Source of the DNA: an uncultured Methanoregulaceae archaeon
GTDB taxonomy: Archaea; Halobacteriota; Methanomicrobia; Methanomicrobiales; Methanospirillaceae
Reading direction: 5' to 3'
DNA: 64,000 bases
Assembly: GCA_963705255.1 (NCBI GenBank)
Contig: OY970061.1
Location: 352,001-416,000 of the forward strand
Numbering within the stretch: the stretch's first letter is position 1; each line of letters opens with the position of its first letter. Below, piece by piece: positions 1-10,977 of the stretch. The position numbers and the translations under genes are program-made. Below the pieces are notes generated by a model. The model saw only the letters and a program-made list of their open reading frames with translations, searched no databases and was not told where the DNA came from.

Positions 1-55
1 TTATCGGTATTGTTTACCAACTTATCGGTATTGTTTACCAACTTATCGGTATTGT
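1..55. repeat. 21-bp coding tandem repeat (ttatcggtattgtttaccaac), at least 2.6 copies
   Basis: Read directly; encodes the 7-aa unit NTDKLVN on the minus strand. Confidence 0.9.
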
Positions 56-257
56 AAGAAATCAAAAGGGCATCAGCTGCTATTACCGTTCCAATAGTAC
101 CGATGACAATTGACATTTTGTCAATTTGTGTAAGTGAAGTATTGAAAAAAACGTAGTCAATCAATAAAGCAGCAAATGCGAAAAGTAAAAGGAGGATGCC
201 AACAATGAGCGGAACCTTCCAAAATTTTGATAATCGCTCAACTTCCGTCGTTTTCAT
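1..257 (-). CDS. Hypothetical membrane protein (two hydrophobic segments, then NTDKLVN heptad repeats); truncated by the window edge
   Basis: Hand translation from ATG at 257: MKTTEVERLSKFWKVPLIVGILLLLFAFAALLIDYVFF...ISYNTDKLVNNTDKLVNNTDK, open to position 1. AT-rich and absent from the ORF track. Confidence 0.7.
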   Translation of the reverse strand, partial: MKTTEVERLSKFWKVPLIVGILLLLFAFAALLIDYVFFNTSLTQIDKMSIVIGTIGTVIAADALLISYNTDKLVNNTDKLVNNTD

Positions 258-301
258 ATTTTTGTATGTGTCAGGGTAACATTATAAAATATTGAATTTA
301 G

Positions 302-480
302 TGTTCTGTAGAACACACATGAACAGATTGAGTTCACCTCGGAACTTGAAAATCGTCCAGTTATGAGGGTTCCCCGCCTCAGGGCCTCTTCGAGGCACGG
401 CGGGGTAATGGGTTGAACCGCCGCGGGGGCGCCCCGTCGGGGGCGGCGGCGTTCATCGCAATGATAAAAGAGGGTTTATC
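302..480 (+). mobile_element. Degenerate MITE copy (B-type end plus GC-rich core)
   Basis: tgttctgtagaac...gttcacctcggaacttgaaaatcg...ccccgcctcagggcctc...gggcgcccc matches copies at 16205, 39983-40214, 41058-41342 and 63751-63824. Confidence 0.7.
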
Positions 481-505
481 TCCTGTGCTTTTGTGGCCCG
501 CGTCC

Positions 506-2149
506 CTAATAGTCACCCATTCCCGGTGGCATCCCGCCCATCCCGCCCGGTGGCATACCCCCGGCAGGCCCTGCTGCCTTTGACGATGCGATGACATCGT
601 CGATGCGGAGGATCATGACCGCAACCTCGGCAGCGCTCATGATCGCCTGCGTCTTCACCCGCAGGGGTTCGACGACGCCCGCCTTGAGCATGTCGACCGG
701 TTTCCCCTCGTAGACATCGAGCCCGAACGTCCTGTGGCCGGCTTCATGCGCAGCCCGGATCGCCACGATCATATCGATGGGATCGAGCCCGGCATTCTCG
801 GCAATGGAACGCGGGATGATCTCGAGCGCCGACGCAAACGCCTCGATCGCGAGCTGGTTACGCCCCCCGACAGTTGACGCATGGCTCCGCAGCTGGAGCG
901 AGAGCTCGGTCTCGGGGGCCCCGCCCCCGGCGACAATTTTTGTATCCTTGACGACATCGCTGACTACCATCAGCGCGTCATGCATGCCGCGTTCGAGTTC
1001 GTCGATCACGTGCTCTGAACCGCCCCGGATGATGATCGAGACCGCCTTGGGGTTTTTGCATCCCGAGACATAGATCATCTCCTGGCCGGAGAGCTTCTTC
1101 TCCTCCACGTGGCCGGCAGTCCCGAGATCACCGGCGGTGATGGCGTCGATGCTGTTGACAACCGCTGCACCGGTGGCCCGCGCAAGGTTCTCGATATCGC
1201 TCTTCTTGACCCTGCGGGCGGCAAAGATGCCGGCTTTTGCGAGGTAGTGCTGGGCAGTGTCGTCGATACCCTTCTGGCAGAACACGACGGTTGCACCGCT
1301 GGCTGCGATCTTGTCTGCCATGGTGTGGACCATCTGCTCGTCCTCGTCGACGAATGCCTGCACCTGGTCGGGGCGGGAGATGTTGATCTTCGCGTTGACC
1401 TCCGTCTTTTTGTACTCGAGCGCCGCGTTGAGGAGGAGGACTTTTGCATTCTTCACGACCCGGGGCATCCCCGGGTGTGCCCGTTCCTTGTCGATGACCA
1501 TGCCTTCGATAATCTCGGTATCCTCCACTTTTCCACCGACTTTCTTCTGCACGTTCACGTGCCCGATATCCACCGTCCCGTCAGGATCGGCCACCATCAT
1601 GACCGCACGGACGACAATACCGCAGAGCAGGCCCTTGTACGCCTCTGCACCCTTGCCGCTGATCGCCGTCTCCGCAACGTGGGTCAGCATGGCACCGTCG
1701 GTCGGTTTCACGCTGATGGCAATAGCCGAAAGGATCTCCAGTGCTTTTGCCGCGGCCTGCTGGTATCCTTCGGCAATAACCGTCGGGTGGACCTTCCGGC
1801 TGAGCAGGCTTTCCGCTTTCGTCAGGAGTTCTCCTGCAATGACGACTGCCGAGGTGGTCCCGTCGCCGACTTCGTCGTCCTGGGTCTTGGCGATCTCGAC
1901 CATCATCTTGGCTGCCGGGTGCTCGATGTCCATCTGCTTGAGGATGGTGGCGCCGTCATTGGTGATGACGATATCGCCCATCCCGTCGATGAGCATCTTG
2001 TCCATGCCTTTTGGCCCGAGGGTCGAACGGACTGCGTTTGCCACCGCCTTCGCAGCGGCAATGTTGCTGTTCTGGGCTTCCTGCCCGCGGTTCCGTGTCG
2101 TTCCCTGCCTCAGAATTATAATAGGCTGTCCGCCCAGTTGTTGTGACAT
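506..2149 (-). CDS. ths: Thermosome subunit (group II chaperonin)
   Basis: [25 protein letters not shown] and GGGAPE motifs, GGM-rich tail. Start taken at MSQQLGGQP (2149). Confidence 0.97.
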   Translation of the reverse strand: MSQQLGGQPIIILRQGTTRNRGQEAQNSNIAAAKAVANAVRSTLGPKGMDKMLIDGMGDIVITNDGATILKQMDIEHPAAKMMVEIAKTQDDEVGDGTTSAVVIAGELLTKAESLLSRKVHPTVIAEGYQQAAAKALEILSAIAISVKPTDGAMLTHVAETAISGKGAEAYKGLLCGIVVRAVMMVADPDGTVDIGHVNVQKKVGGKVEDTEIIEGMVIDKERAHPGMPRVVKNAKVLLLNAALEYKKTEVNAKINISRPDQVQAFVDEDEQMVHTMADKIAASGATVVFCQKGIDDTAQHYLAKAGIFAARRVKKSDIENLARATGAAVVNSIDAITAGDLGTAGHVEEKKLSGQEMIYVSGCKNPKAVSIIIRGGSEHVIDELERGMHDALMVVSDVVKDTKIVAGGGAPETELSLQLRSHASTVGGRNQLAIEAFASALEIIPRSIAENAGLDPIDMIVAIRAAHEAGHRTFGLDVYEGKPVDMLKAGVVEPLRVKTQAIMSAAEVAVMILRIDDVIASSKAAGPAGGMPPGGMGGMPPGMGDY

Positions 2150-2553
2150 TTCATTCCCTTTTTTATTCCTGTTGTTCATATCCCGGCAAAGCCGTTCATA
2201 CGTCTTGTCCCGCCTGCATCGCGGGCCGGGGTCCGGGTACTCCGGATCCATGAACGGGCCTTGTACCGTGCATCAACCGCCGGAGATTACGCCCTCCGGG
2301 GACCGTGCCCGGTTCGTGAAAACGCCAATCAGCCCGGCCGGGCTGATCCGGGAGCATTTCATCACCATGTCGTGATGGGCTACCATTGCTTCGTGGCATC
2401 ATATGTCTATCTATGGTGGAGGAGGATCTCCGGCCACCGGGGCAACGGGTCGTGGACCGGCCCGGACTCCGGGAACGATCCACCGGATTTCCGGTCTGCC
2501 CGAAGGAAGGGCAGTCATTAATATCCCGGAAAGAAGAGGAGGATCCTGTATGT

Positions 2554-3117
2554 ATGAGTACCTGCGATCTGAAATGGGGCTCGATTACGGCCTCGGGTCT
2601 CCTCGAGCTTCTGATCGGAATTGCAGCGTTTCTCTTCCCCCGCCATGCCATCGGCCTCATCGTCACGTTCACCGTAGTCGTCATCCTTGTCCTCGCCGGC
2701 ACTCTCATTGCCGAGGGGTTGTTCATGGAGGGCAGAGGAATGTCGAAGTGGGTGGTTGCCGGCATCGGCGTGGTGGGGATTCTCCTCGCTCTTGTTGCCC
2801 TGATGTACCCGCAATGGATCGTCGTGACCGCCGGTGTCCTCATCGGTATCTGTCTCATTGTCTTCGGCTGCCTGATGATCCTTGCCGCGGCCACCATCAT
2901 ATTCGATTTCTTTGTCAGGAACATTGTTGCGTTCTCTTCGTTCTTTGCCGTCATGCTCGGGGCCTATTTTGTGGTTGTACCGGAGAACAGCCTGTACATC
3001 TTCACCTTGACTGTCGGGACGTTTCTTATCCTCTACGGGGTTGTCCGGATGGTGTACGGTATCCGCCTGAGAGAATGGCAGAAGACCTGCCCGGCATCGT
3101 ATCGCCAGCAGAGGTAA
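2554..3117 (+). CDS. HdeD/DUF308-like integral membrane protein
   Basis: About 6 hydrophobic helices with GLLELLIG..FP repeats; gaggagg RBS-like sequence upstream. Confidence 0.7.
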   Translation: MSTCDLKWGSITASGLLELLIGIAAFLFPRHAIGLIVTFTVVVILVLAGTLIAEGLFMEGRGMSKWVVAGIGVVGILLALVALMYPQWIVVTAGVLIGICLIVFGCLMILAAATIIFDFFVRNIVAFSSFFAVMLGAYFVVVPENSLYIFTLTVGTFLILYGVVRMVYGIRLREWQKTCPASYRQQR

Positions 3118-3172
3118 TGTTCTGGTTCAGGAGAAATTATCAGATACCACAGGATTTTTCTCCTGTGCATCC

Positions 3173-5720
3173 TCATTCGTTCGCATTTTTACCGGTTGAA
3201 ACCCGGTATCCGCCTTTCGGGACCCGCATCTCGAACCGTGCACCCCGGCCCGGTTCACCGGTTTCGCAGATGGTGATCCCGGTCATGGAAAGAATTTCCC
3301 GGGCCAGGAAAAGGCCAAGGCCGGTATTTTTGCCGTATCCCTGCCGGAATATCTCCTCTTTCTCCTGTGCCGGAATACCGTTCCCGTCATCCTCCCACAG
3401 GATGGTCAGCCCGTCAGGAGATTCGCGGGCCGAGACCCGGATCGTTGTTGCATCTTTCCCGTGCCGCAGCGTATTGTCGAGGAGATTGAAAAAGATCTTC
3501 TCAAGGATCGGATCTGCATACACCTTAAGGCCGTCGACATCTGCCTGCAGGGTTACTTCACGGGGGACGCGGGAGCGGGGGAGGACCCGGGTGAGATCCT
3601 GCCACCGGGGTTCGGTGGAGTCCGAGATCCTGGTAGATCCTGGTAAACTCGATATGCTCGCCGATCGACCGTGTATTGGATTCCAGGATTCCAATTATCT
3701 CCTTCATCTTTGGATCGAGCGGCTCCTGTTGTACCAGCTCGAGGTAACCTGAAATTACCATCACCTTGTTGAGGATATCGTGGCGGGTGATGCTGTTCAG
3801 GAGATTGAGTTGCCTGTTTGCAGCCCGCAGCGCCTCCTCGGTCCTCTTCCGCCCGGAAATATCGCGGGCCACCACCTGGATAGCCGGTCTTCCCTGGAAC
3901 ATCGTGCTGGTCGCGATTACTTCCACGTCGACCGCTGTCCCGTCAAGGCAGCGGAACCGTTCCTCGACCAGGGGGACCGCTGTTCCCGGGGATGCCGACA
4001 TCGTCCTGATCCGTTCGCTCACAAGAGTGAAAAATGCCGGATCAACAAAATCAAGGGTAGCCCGTCCGACCATCTCCGCAGGGCTCTTTGCTTTCACCAG
4101 TCTTGCGGCGGCATCGTTGGCAAAAACGACCGATCGTTCCTGGTGAATGACGACCGCATCAAAGGATTGCGTGATAAGCCGGCGGTACCGCTCCTCGCTC
4201 TCCCGCAGTTCTTCTTCAGCACGTTTCCTGTCGGTGATATCGCGCATCTGGACGATCCGTTGCGGTTTTCCCTGCCACACTATGGAAGTGGATGACGTCT
4301 CACCAGAGAACCGTGTCCCGTCTTTTTTGTAGCCGACAACATCGATCGTGCCTTTGCTTCCATTCTTATTCCAGCAGGAGATCGCATCGCAGGATTCTGC
4401 GGTCAGCATGAATTCAAACCCGTTCCGGCCTATGATCTCTTCGGGCCGGTATCCGAACAATTCGGCAAACCGCCTGTTGCAGTCACTGATGACGCCCCTG
4501 TCGTGGATCATTATTCCTTCCAGGGCGCCATCGGACAGGGTCCGGAACCTCCTCTCGCTCTCCCGGAGCCGTTCCTCCATCTCGTACCGGGCTGTCACGT
4601 CCCTGACCGAGATGATATTGGCCGGCTCTCCCCTGTACGCGATCCTGTTCCCGATGATCTCGACATACAATTTTCTTCCCCGTGCAGTGATCGCAGAGTA
4701 GGTCCGGGTGGTGCCGCTCCGGCCCGGGCTGATGGCAAAAAAATCGCACCGGGCAGCATCCAGTGAATCCGGTGCAACAGTTTCAAATACGGTCGACGGG
4801 AGGCGACCAGACGAGTCGTCGACTTCGAGCATATCGAGGCACGCATGATTTGCGGTGAGGATCCGCCCTTCGAGATCGGTGATGAGGATCCCGTCCAGTG
4901 ACGATTCCGCAAGGATCTGGTACCGCTCCTCGCTCTCCCGCAGTGAATCTTCCATCTGTTTTCTACGGGTAATGTCGCGGGCGAATGCGAAACTGTAATC
5001 TTTGCCATCCTTTGAGACATGATTGGCCATTATTTCCACATCGACGATTGTTCCGTCCTTGTGCCGGTGCCGTGTCATGAAAATGTTCGTTTTTCTCTCT
5101 TTGAGGATCATCCTGGATCTTGCCAGCATTTCCGGAGTAAAATCCGGGTCGAGGTCAAAGACCGTCATGGCAAGGAACTCGTCCCGCGAGTACCCGGTAT
5201 TCCGGCAGGCCGAATCGTTCACGTACAGGATCTTTCCTTCAGAATCCAGCCAGAAGACCTGGTCGGAGGCCCAGTCCACCGAGGCCTTGAGGAGCCTGAG
5301 CTGGGATTCGTTGTCCCTCAGCTCTTTTATCGCCTTCCTTCGCTCGACCGCTTTTCTGATCTTATGGGCAAGTTCGGCGAACTGAGCGCTGGGATCACCG
5401 CCCTTCTGGAGATAGAAATCGGCCCCGTTGTCGATCGCTTCGATCACGATCTCCTCGCGTCCCTTTCCCGTGAAGAGAATGAACGGGATGTCCCCGAACC
5501 GCGACCGGACTTCTTTTAAGAATGCTATACCGTCCATCTCTGCCATCTGGTAATCGGACACGACGGCATCGTATGACGTGTTCTGCATTTTTTCCAGCGC
5601 ATCGGGTGCTGAATTCGTGGTTCCGATCGTAAAATCTCCGCTCTCTTCAAGATAGGTCCTGCACAGATCCAGAAGCAGTTCTTCGTCATCTACGTAAAGG
5701 ACGGAATACATCGAACACAT
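3173..5720 (-). CDS. Hybrid sensor kinase REC-PAS x4-HisKA-HATPase (frameshift near 3621)
   Basis: N-terminal REC (VLYVDDE, SDYQM, FTGKG), four PAS/PAC blocks and ITRHDILN. The HATPase part (NLLDN, DDGNG, GYGKNTGLGL) continues in ORF 3173..3694. Confidence 0.9.
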
Positions 5721-5992
5721 CGGGAATATCCTGCTTTAGAGAGGTGGGGATTGATAGTTGAATAACTATTCGAAAAAAACTGATTTCCCTGTCTCCCTTA
5801 CCAATAATCCCCCGAAACGCTCGTTGCCCGTCCCGGTTTCCCCCCTCGCAAACCGGTTACTCTCCGTGAGCAGCCTTATCCCGGCCTCCAACCAGGGCGG
5901 GGACCCCACTCCCGGCACGCCCCGGAGCCCCCGGACGTTCCCTTTCCTTATTTATGATCGGAGATCCATTGATCGTTGTTAGAGGAAAAGGG

Positions 5993-6694
5993 ATGGCTGA
6001 TCAGGAGACCGTTCCCTGCCAGGTGTGCCGGGAACAGAAGAGACGGAACGAAGTCGTGCCCGCGGGATCGATCCCCGAATCGATCGCCGGCGTAATCCGG
6101 AGGGAATATCCCGCGTGGTCGCGGGAAGGCTACATCTGCGGCACCGACCTGAACCGCTTCAGGGCGCAATATATCAGGGAGATCCTGGAGAGGGAGAAAG
6201 ACGAGCTCTCCTCGCTGGAAGAGACGATCGAACGGAGCATGAAAGACCACGAGCTCACGGCAAAAAATGTCAATATCGAATTTGACCGGCAGCTGAGTTT
6301 CGGGGACCGTGTCTCCGACCGGCTCGCCGATTTCGCCGGGAGCTGGACATTCATCACCATATTCACTGGTGTCTTTCTCGTATGGATTGCGATAAACACC
6401 ATCGTCCTCGTGTTGAGGCCGTTCGACCCGTACCCGTTCATCCTCCTCAACCTCGTCCTCTCGGCCCTTGCTGCCATCCAGGCCCCCGTCATCATCATGA
6501 GCCAGAACCGGCAGGAGGAACGGGACCGGATGAATGCCGAGCACGATTACGAGGTGAACCTCAATGCCGAGATGGAGATCCACCAGCTGCACAAAAAGAT
6601 CGATCACCTCCTCATCAACCAGGGGGAGCGGCTCCTGGAGATCCAGAGGATCCAGGTGGAGCTGATGGAAGACCTGGCCAGAAGGACCGGGTAA
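5993..6694 (+). CDS. DUF1003 domain membrane protein
   Basis: FAGSWTFI, FDPYPFILLNL and QAPVIIMSQNRQ motifs. Confidence 0.88.
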   Translation: MADQETVPCQVCREQKRRNEVVPAGSIPESIAGVIRREYPAWSREGYICGTDLNRFRAQYIREILEREKDELSSLEETIERSMKDHELTAKNVNIEFDRQLSFGDRVSDRLADFAGSWTFITIFTGVFLVWIAINTIVLVLRPFDPYPFILLNLVLSALAAIQAPVIIMSQNRQEERDRMNAEHDYEVNLNAEMEIHQLHKKIDHLLINQGERLLEIQRIQVELMEDLARRTG

Positions 6695-7026
6695 GGCCGG
6701 AGGTATCTTCACCGGATCTCCGGTCAGAATGGACATCTCCTGTCCTCCCGCCCGGATACGGCTGTCTCTGATCCTGCCCTGTACCGGATGCCGAAACGGA
6801 GAACGGTGTCCCGGGCAGGGGGGCCCGGGCTGACCCCCGCTGTTTCCCCCGTCGTTGGGACGAGAGAACTACCCTCTTCATCGGATGGCAGACCGGTGCA
6901 CGGAGGCCCGGTCATGCATCGCCTCTTCCTTCACGCGGGGGAAACCGCAACCACCCTTCGTTCATTCCTCTCACTCATATGAACGAATTTTTATGCGATG
7001 ACCTGCAATCCCTACTGGAGTGAGAA

Positions 7027-7365
7027 ATGAGAAAAACGTCCGATCTGGTAGATGAGATGCTTGCCGAAGCAAAAAAAGCCTGGCTTGTCGCAATTGCTGT
7101 CGGGTTTGAAAGCGAGACAAAATTTGTATTCAGTTCGCAAAAACACCCGCTTGAAGAACTGAATCAGTTCGTAAAGGAAGGGGGATCCCCCATAGGACTG
7201 CTGCGGTTCGATAAAGAGGATTCAACAGTCCAGGGGTCATACCGCCCGTTCGAGGAATATGCGGGTGAGGAATGGGTAACGAAATATCTTGCCGGCCTCC
7301 TGGAGAATACCGGGGAGATCATCGGGTTAAGCCGGCAGAAACAAAGTATCCCTGAGGCTTCCTGA
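7027..7365 (+). CDS. Hypothetical protein
   Basis: Clean ORF with ggagtga RBS-like sequence and normal composition. Confidence 0.7.
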   Translation: MRKTSDLVDEMLAEAKKAWLVAIAVGFESETKFVFSSQKHPLEELNQFVKEGGSPIGLLRFDKEDSTVQGSYRPFEEYAGEEWVTKYLAGLLENTGEIIGLSRQKQSIPEAS

Positions 7366-7529
7366 TACCCATCCTCAACCTCTGCAATGGTTTCTGGATA
7401 CGTTTTCAGGATTTTTTTCCTGCAGTCTCCCGTCCGGCGCCCCGCCGGAATTATGGTCGGAAGGGGTGCATTTTTCCCGGCAGGGCGGCGGGTCGATTAG
7501 AAATTTTTTGGCGGGAGCATTTTTCCGGA

Positions 7530-7953
7530 TCAGAGCGGCCACCTGCATTCCCGCCCGCTCTTTTTCAGGGCCCTGCAGCGGTTGAAGTAGGTCTCGCCCC
7601 AGATCCACGGCTGGTAGGTGCAGCACATCTCGGGTTTCATCTGGTGGATCCCGCAGAGGTACCGCTCTTTTGCCACGCGGCGCAGGAACGGGCAGACCGT
7701 GACGTACTCCCCCGTGTCGGGGTTGCGCATCTCGACAGCGACAACATTCCCGAGGTCTTCTGCCCGGAGCCCGGCACAGTTGACCGGGGTGCCCGTCTCC
7801 ATGAACGCGACGAACCAGCGCAGGATATCCGTCCGTCCCTGCTCCATCCAGACGTACACGTTCGGGTACTGTCGGCGTAATACCGGGGCCGAAGATCCGG
7901 CAGCAGAGCCCGCACTGCTCGCAGGGCCCGTCTTCCGTTATCTGGTCATCCAT
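7530..7953 (-). CDS. YkgJ-family cysteine-cluster (Zn/Fe-chelating) protein (frameshift at 7864-7866)
   Basis: CEQCGLCC at the N-terminus; CPFL...CGIH..KPEMC..Y in the second frame. Confidence 0.8.
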
Positions 7954-8010
7954 GGGTTCCCATCCACTATTCATCCGGCATCTGGATAATGGTTTGCCGG
8001 TACGCCGCCC

Positions 8011-8505
8011 GAAGAACGCTTCCACCTCATTCCCGGTCTCTTCTCCTCCGCGGGCCCGGCGATCCAGTCGAAGAACGCTTCCGCTTCATTCCCGGTCTCT
8101 TCTCCTCCGCGGGCCCGGCGATCCAGTCGAAGAACGCTTCCGCTTCATTCCCGGTCTCTTCTCCTCCGCGGGCCCGGTGATCCAGTCGAAGAACGCTTCC
8201 GCTTCATTCCCGGTCTCTTCTCCTCCGCGGGCCCGGTGATCCAGTCGAAGAACGCTTTTGCCTCATTCCCGGTCTCTTCTCCTCCGCGGGCCCGGTGATC
8301 CAGTCGAAGAACGCTTCCACCTCATTCCCGGTCTCTTCTCCTCCGCGGGCCCGGCGATCCAGTCGAAGAACGCTTCCGCTTCATTCCCGGTCTCTTCTCC
8401 TCCGCGGGCCCGGTGATCCAGTCGAAGAACGCTTTTGCCTCATTCCCGGTCTCTCCTCCTCCGCGGGCCCGGCGATCCAGTCGAAGAACGCTTCCGCGTT
8501 CTTCT
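8011..8505. repeat. Tandem array of 8 x 59-bp units plus a terminal hairpin
   Basis: Units start at 8011, 8070, 8129, 8188, 8247, 8306, 8365, 8424, with a partial unit at 8483. Consensus gaagaacgcttccgcttcattcccggtctcttctcctccgcgggcccggYgatccagtc. Confidence 0.97.
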
Positions 8506-8599
8506 CCGGCTCTCACTCCCCTTCGGGGAGTGATTCGCCAATGCAAGAATTTATACGGTATCGGAAACGCAATCTGGATCAGGACATCGGTGAAGGACC

Positions 8600-9742
8600 A
8601 TGCTCTACAGGAAGATGAACAAGGCAGCACCGGGACTCTCCATCCTCGGGTTCGGGTGCATGAGGCTACCTACGACGGAGGACGGGAAGATTGACGAGGA
8701 GCAGGCAACCGGGATGCTCCGCTACGCGATCGATCATGGCGTGAATTATGTCGATACCGCGTATCCCTACCACAACGGCGAGAGCGAACCGTTCGTCGGG
8801 CGTGCGCTCGGCGGCGGGTACCGCGAGAAGGTGCACCTCGCGACCAAGCTCCCGAGCTGGCTGGTCAGGTCCCGGGAAGACATGGACCGGTATCTCGATG
8901 AGCAGCTCGCCCGGCTCAAGACCCGGACCATCGATTTTTACCTCGTGCACGGGCTCAACCGCCCGTTCTGGGAGAACCTCTCGGCGCTCGGGGTCACGGA
9001 CTTCCTTAACGATGCGATCGCCGACGGGCGGATCCGCCATGCCGGGTTCTCGTTCCACGACAACACGGCGCTCTTCAAGGAGATCGTAGACGGGTACGAC
9101 TGGACGTTTGCCCAGATTCAGTACAATTTCATGGACGAGCACTACCAGGCGGGGACGGAGGGGCTGGAATACGCGGCGAAGAGAGGGCTCGGCATCGTGG
9201 TGATGGAGCCGATCCGGGGCGGCCTGCTGGCACGGAACCTCTCGGGTATCAGAGAGATCTGGCAGAAGGCGAATATCCGGCGCACGCCCGCAGAATGGGC
9301 GCTCCGCTGGGTCTGGAACCACCCGGAAGTGACCGTCGTCCTCTCCGGCATGTCGGCACCGGAGCAGGTCCGGCAGAATGTCGCCCTCGCCGAATGCGGC
9401 TTTGCGGGTTCGCTGAGCAGAGCGGAGCTCTCCCTGTTCGGGAAGGTCAGAAAAGAGCTGGAGAAACGGATCCTGATCCCCTGCACCGGGTGCAAGTACT
9501 GCGTGCCCTGCCCGCACGGTGTGAGCATCCCGGAGTGCTTCGAGATGTTCAACCGCGGGCACATCTACGAGGATGAGGAACAGACAAAGCAGTACTATTC
9601 GATGTTCCTCGGCGGTTTCTTCGACGGCACCCCCCATTTCGCTTCGCTCTGCCAGGAGTGCGGGGAATGCGAGGAGAAATGCCCCCAGAGCCTCCCGATC
9701 CGCGAGAACCTCAAAAAAGTAGGGGAGTATTTCGGGAAATGA
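8600..9742 (+). CDS. Aldo/keto reductase with C-terminal 4Fe-4S dicluster domain
   Basis: LGFGCMRLP, GVNYVDTAYPY, LATKLP, CTGCKYCVPCP and CQECGECEEKCPQ motifs. Confidence 0.93.
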   Translation: MLYRKMNKAAPGLSILGFGCMRLPTTEDGKIDEEQATGMLRYAIDHGVNYVDTAYPYHNGESEPFVGRALGGGYREKVHLATKLPSWLVRSREDMDRYLDEQLARLKTRTIDFYLVHGLNRPFWENLSALGVTDFLNDAIADGRIRHAGFSFHDNTALFKEIVDGYDWTFAQIQYNFMDEHYQAGTEGLEYAAKRGLGIVVMEPIRGGLLARNLSGIREIWQKANIRRTPAEWALRWVWNHPEVTVVLSGMSAPEQVRQNVALAECGFAGSLSRAELSLFGKVRKELEKRILIPCTGCKYCVPCPHGVSIPECFEMFNRGHIYEDEEQTKQYYSMFLGGFFDGTPHFASLCQECGECEEKCPQSLPIRENLKKVGEYFGK

Positions 9743-9993
9743 TATGCGGTTTTGATCCGACTGCCCGTTCGTCCGGAGGGGGTCGCCGATAAAGTCCTTT
9801 ATGGTGCCGGAGCCGCACCGGAATTCGTTGCCGGACCGAGTGCGGTCGTTGTATCGTGCCTGTGTCCGATTTTTGATACCGGGCGCTTTCGGGACGCTGT
9901 ATCTGTCCGGGAATACGGGCGATATGATTTTAATGATATAAAGGCTATCCATCAACAGGGACATTATCTGACAATCGATGGAGGGTTTTTATT

Positions 9994-10356
9994 ATGGTTA
10001 CAGTTCTGGTCATTGACGATTCGTCATTTCAGCGGAAAATTCTTGACGGCATCCTGACTGAAAGCGGATACAAGGTCATTCATTCCGAAAACGGAAAAGA
10101 CGGAATCGAACGGGTGGAAAAGGAACAGCCGGATCTCATCATCACGGACCTTCTCATGCCGGTACATGACGGTTACTGGGTACTTGAACAGTTGAATGCC
10201 AGGGGATGCACCACGCCCGTTATTATCGTTACTTCTGATATCCAGAAGACTACCGAGAAGCGGTGCAGGGATCTTGGTGTCGCGGCATTCATGAATAAAC
10301 CGGTTGAAAAGAACCAGGTGATCTCGACGGTCAAGGACGCGCTCAAGAGGTCGTGA
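9994..10356 (+). CDS. Single-domain CheY-like response regulator
   Basis: VIDD, TDLLMP..DG, VTS and NKP residues intact. Confidence 0.9.
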   Translation: MVTVLVIDDSSFQRKILDGILTESGYKVIHSENGKDGIERVEKEQPDLIITDLLMPVHDGYWVLEQLNARGCTTPVIIVTSDIQKTTEKRCRDLGVAAFMNKPVEKNQVISTVKDALKRS

Positions 10357-10361
10357 TTCGG

Positions 10362-10967
10362 ATGGATATCGATAAGGAATCGCTTGACGCAATAACGGAA
10401 ATCATCAACATCGGCGTAGGGCGATCGGCATCCCTCCTGAATCAGATGACCAATTCCAATATCCGGCTCAGGGTTCCGAAAATTTTCGTGATCCGGTTCA
10501 AAGACCTTGCGGATACGAACGCAAGTCTCTTTGGCGGGGAAGTGCTGTCAACGGTCATGCTGGAGTTCCAGGGAAATTTTTCCGGAGTGACCGCAATCCT
10601 GTTCCCTCCCGAGAGTGCGGCCGCCCTCGTGACGCTCCTTTCCGGTGAGAATGACCCCGTGGCTGAGATGGACGCGATCCGGGTGGAAACCCTCAAGGAA
10701 GTGGGGAACATCATCATCAACTCAGTCATGGGCTCGATATCAAATGTGCTTTCACAGCACCTCTCCTTTACCCTTCCGGTATATTACGAGGGAAAACTCT
10801 CATCGATTACCGCGACCCGTCATACGATTGAGGATGACGATTATGTCATCGTTGCCCACACCCAGTTCCTGATAGAATCGAGGAACATTGAAGGGAAAAT
10901 TCTTCTGCTGCTCGAGGTAGGGTCTCTGGAGCATCTTGTTGAGAGCATCCAGGGAGCGTACATTTAG
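10362..10967 (+). CDS. cheC: CheC-like phosphatase
   Basis: Two D/E-xxx-E-xx-N motifs (DAITEIINIG, ETLKEVGNII). Confidence 0.85.
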   Translation: MDIDKESLDAITEIINIGVGRSASLLNQMTNSNIRLRVPKIFVIRFKDLADTNASLFGGEVLSTVMLEFQGNFSGVTAILFPPESAAALVTLLSGENDPVAEMDAIRVETLKEVGNIIINSVMGSISNVLSQHLSFTLPVYYEGKLSSITATRHTIEDDDYVIVAHTQFLIESRNIEGKILLLLEVGSLEHLVESIQGAYI

Positions 10968-10977
10968 AGGATTTTTC

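Noticed and set aside
1109-2375. Long antisense or alternate-frame ORFs (e.g. 1109..2146, 2403..3752, 8666..9964, 18105..19316)
   Set aside because: Shadows of GC-rich real genes with no recognisable motifs.
8011-8505. CRISPR or other guide-RNA array
   Set aside because: Units are contiguous and nearly identical with no unique spacers, and no cas-like genes lie nearby.
9994-10967. Chemotaxis cluster
   Set aside because: No cheA, cheW, cheB, cheR, MCP or archaellum genes are in the window.
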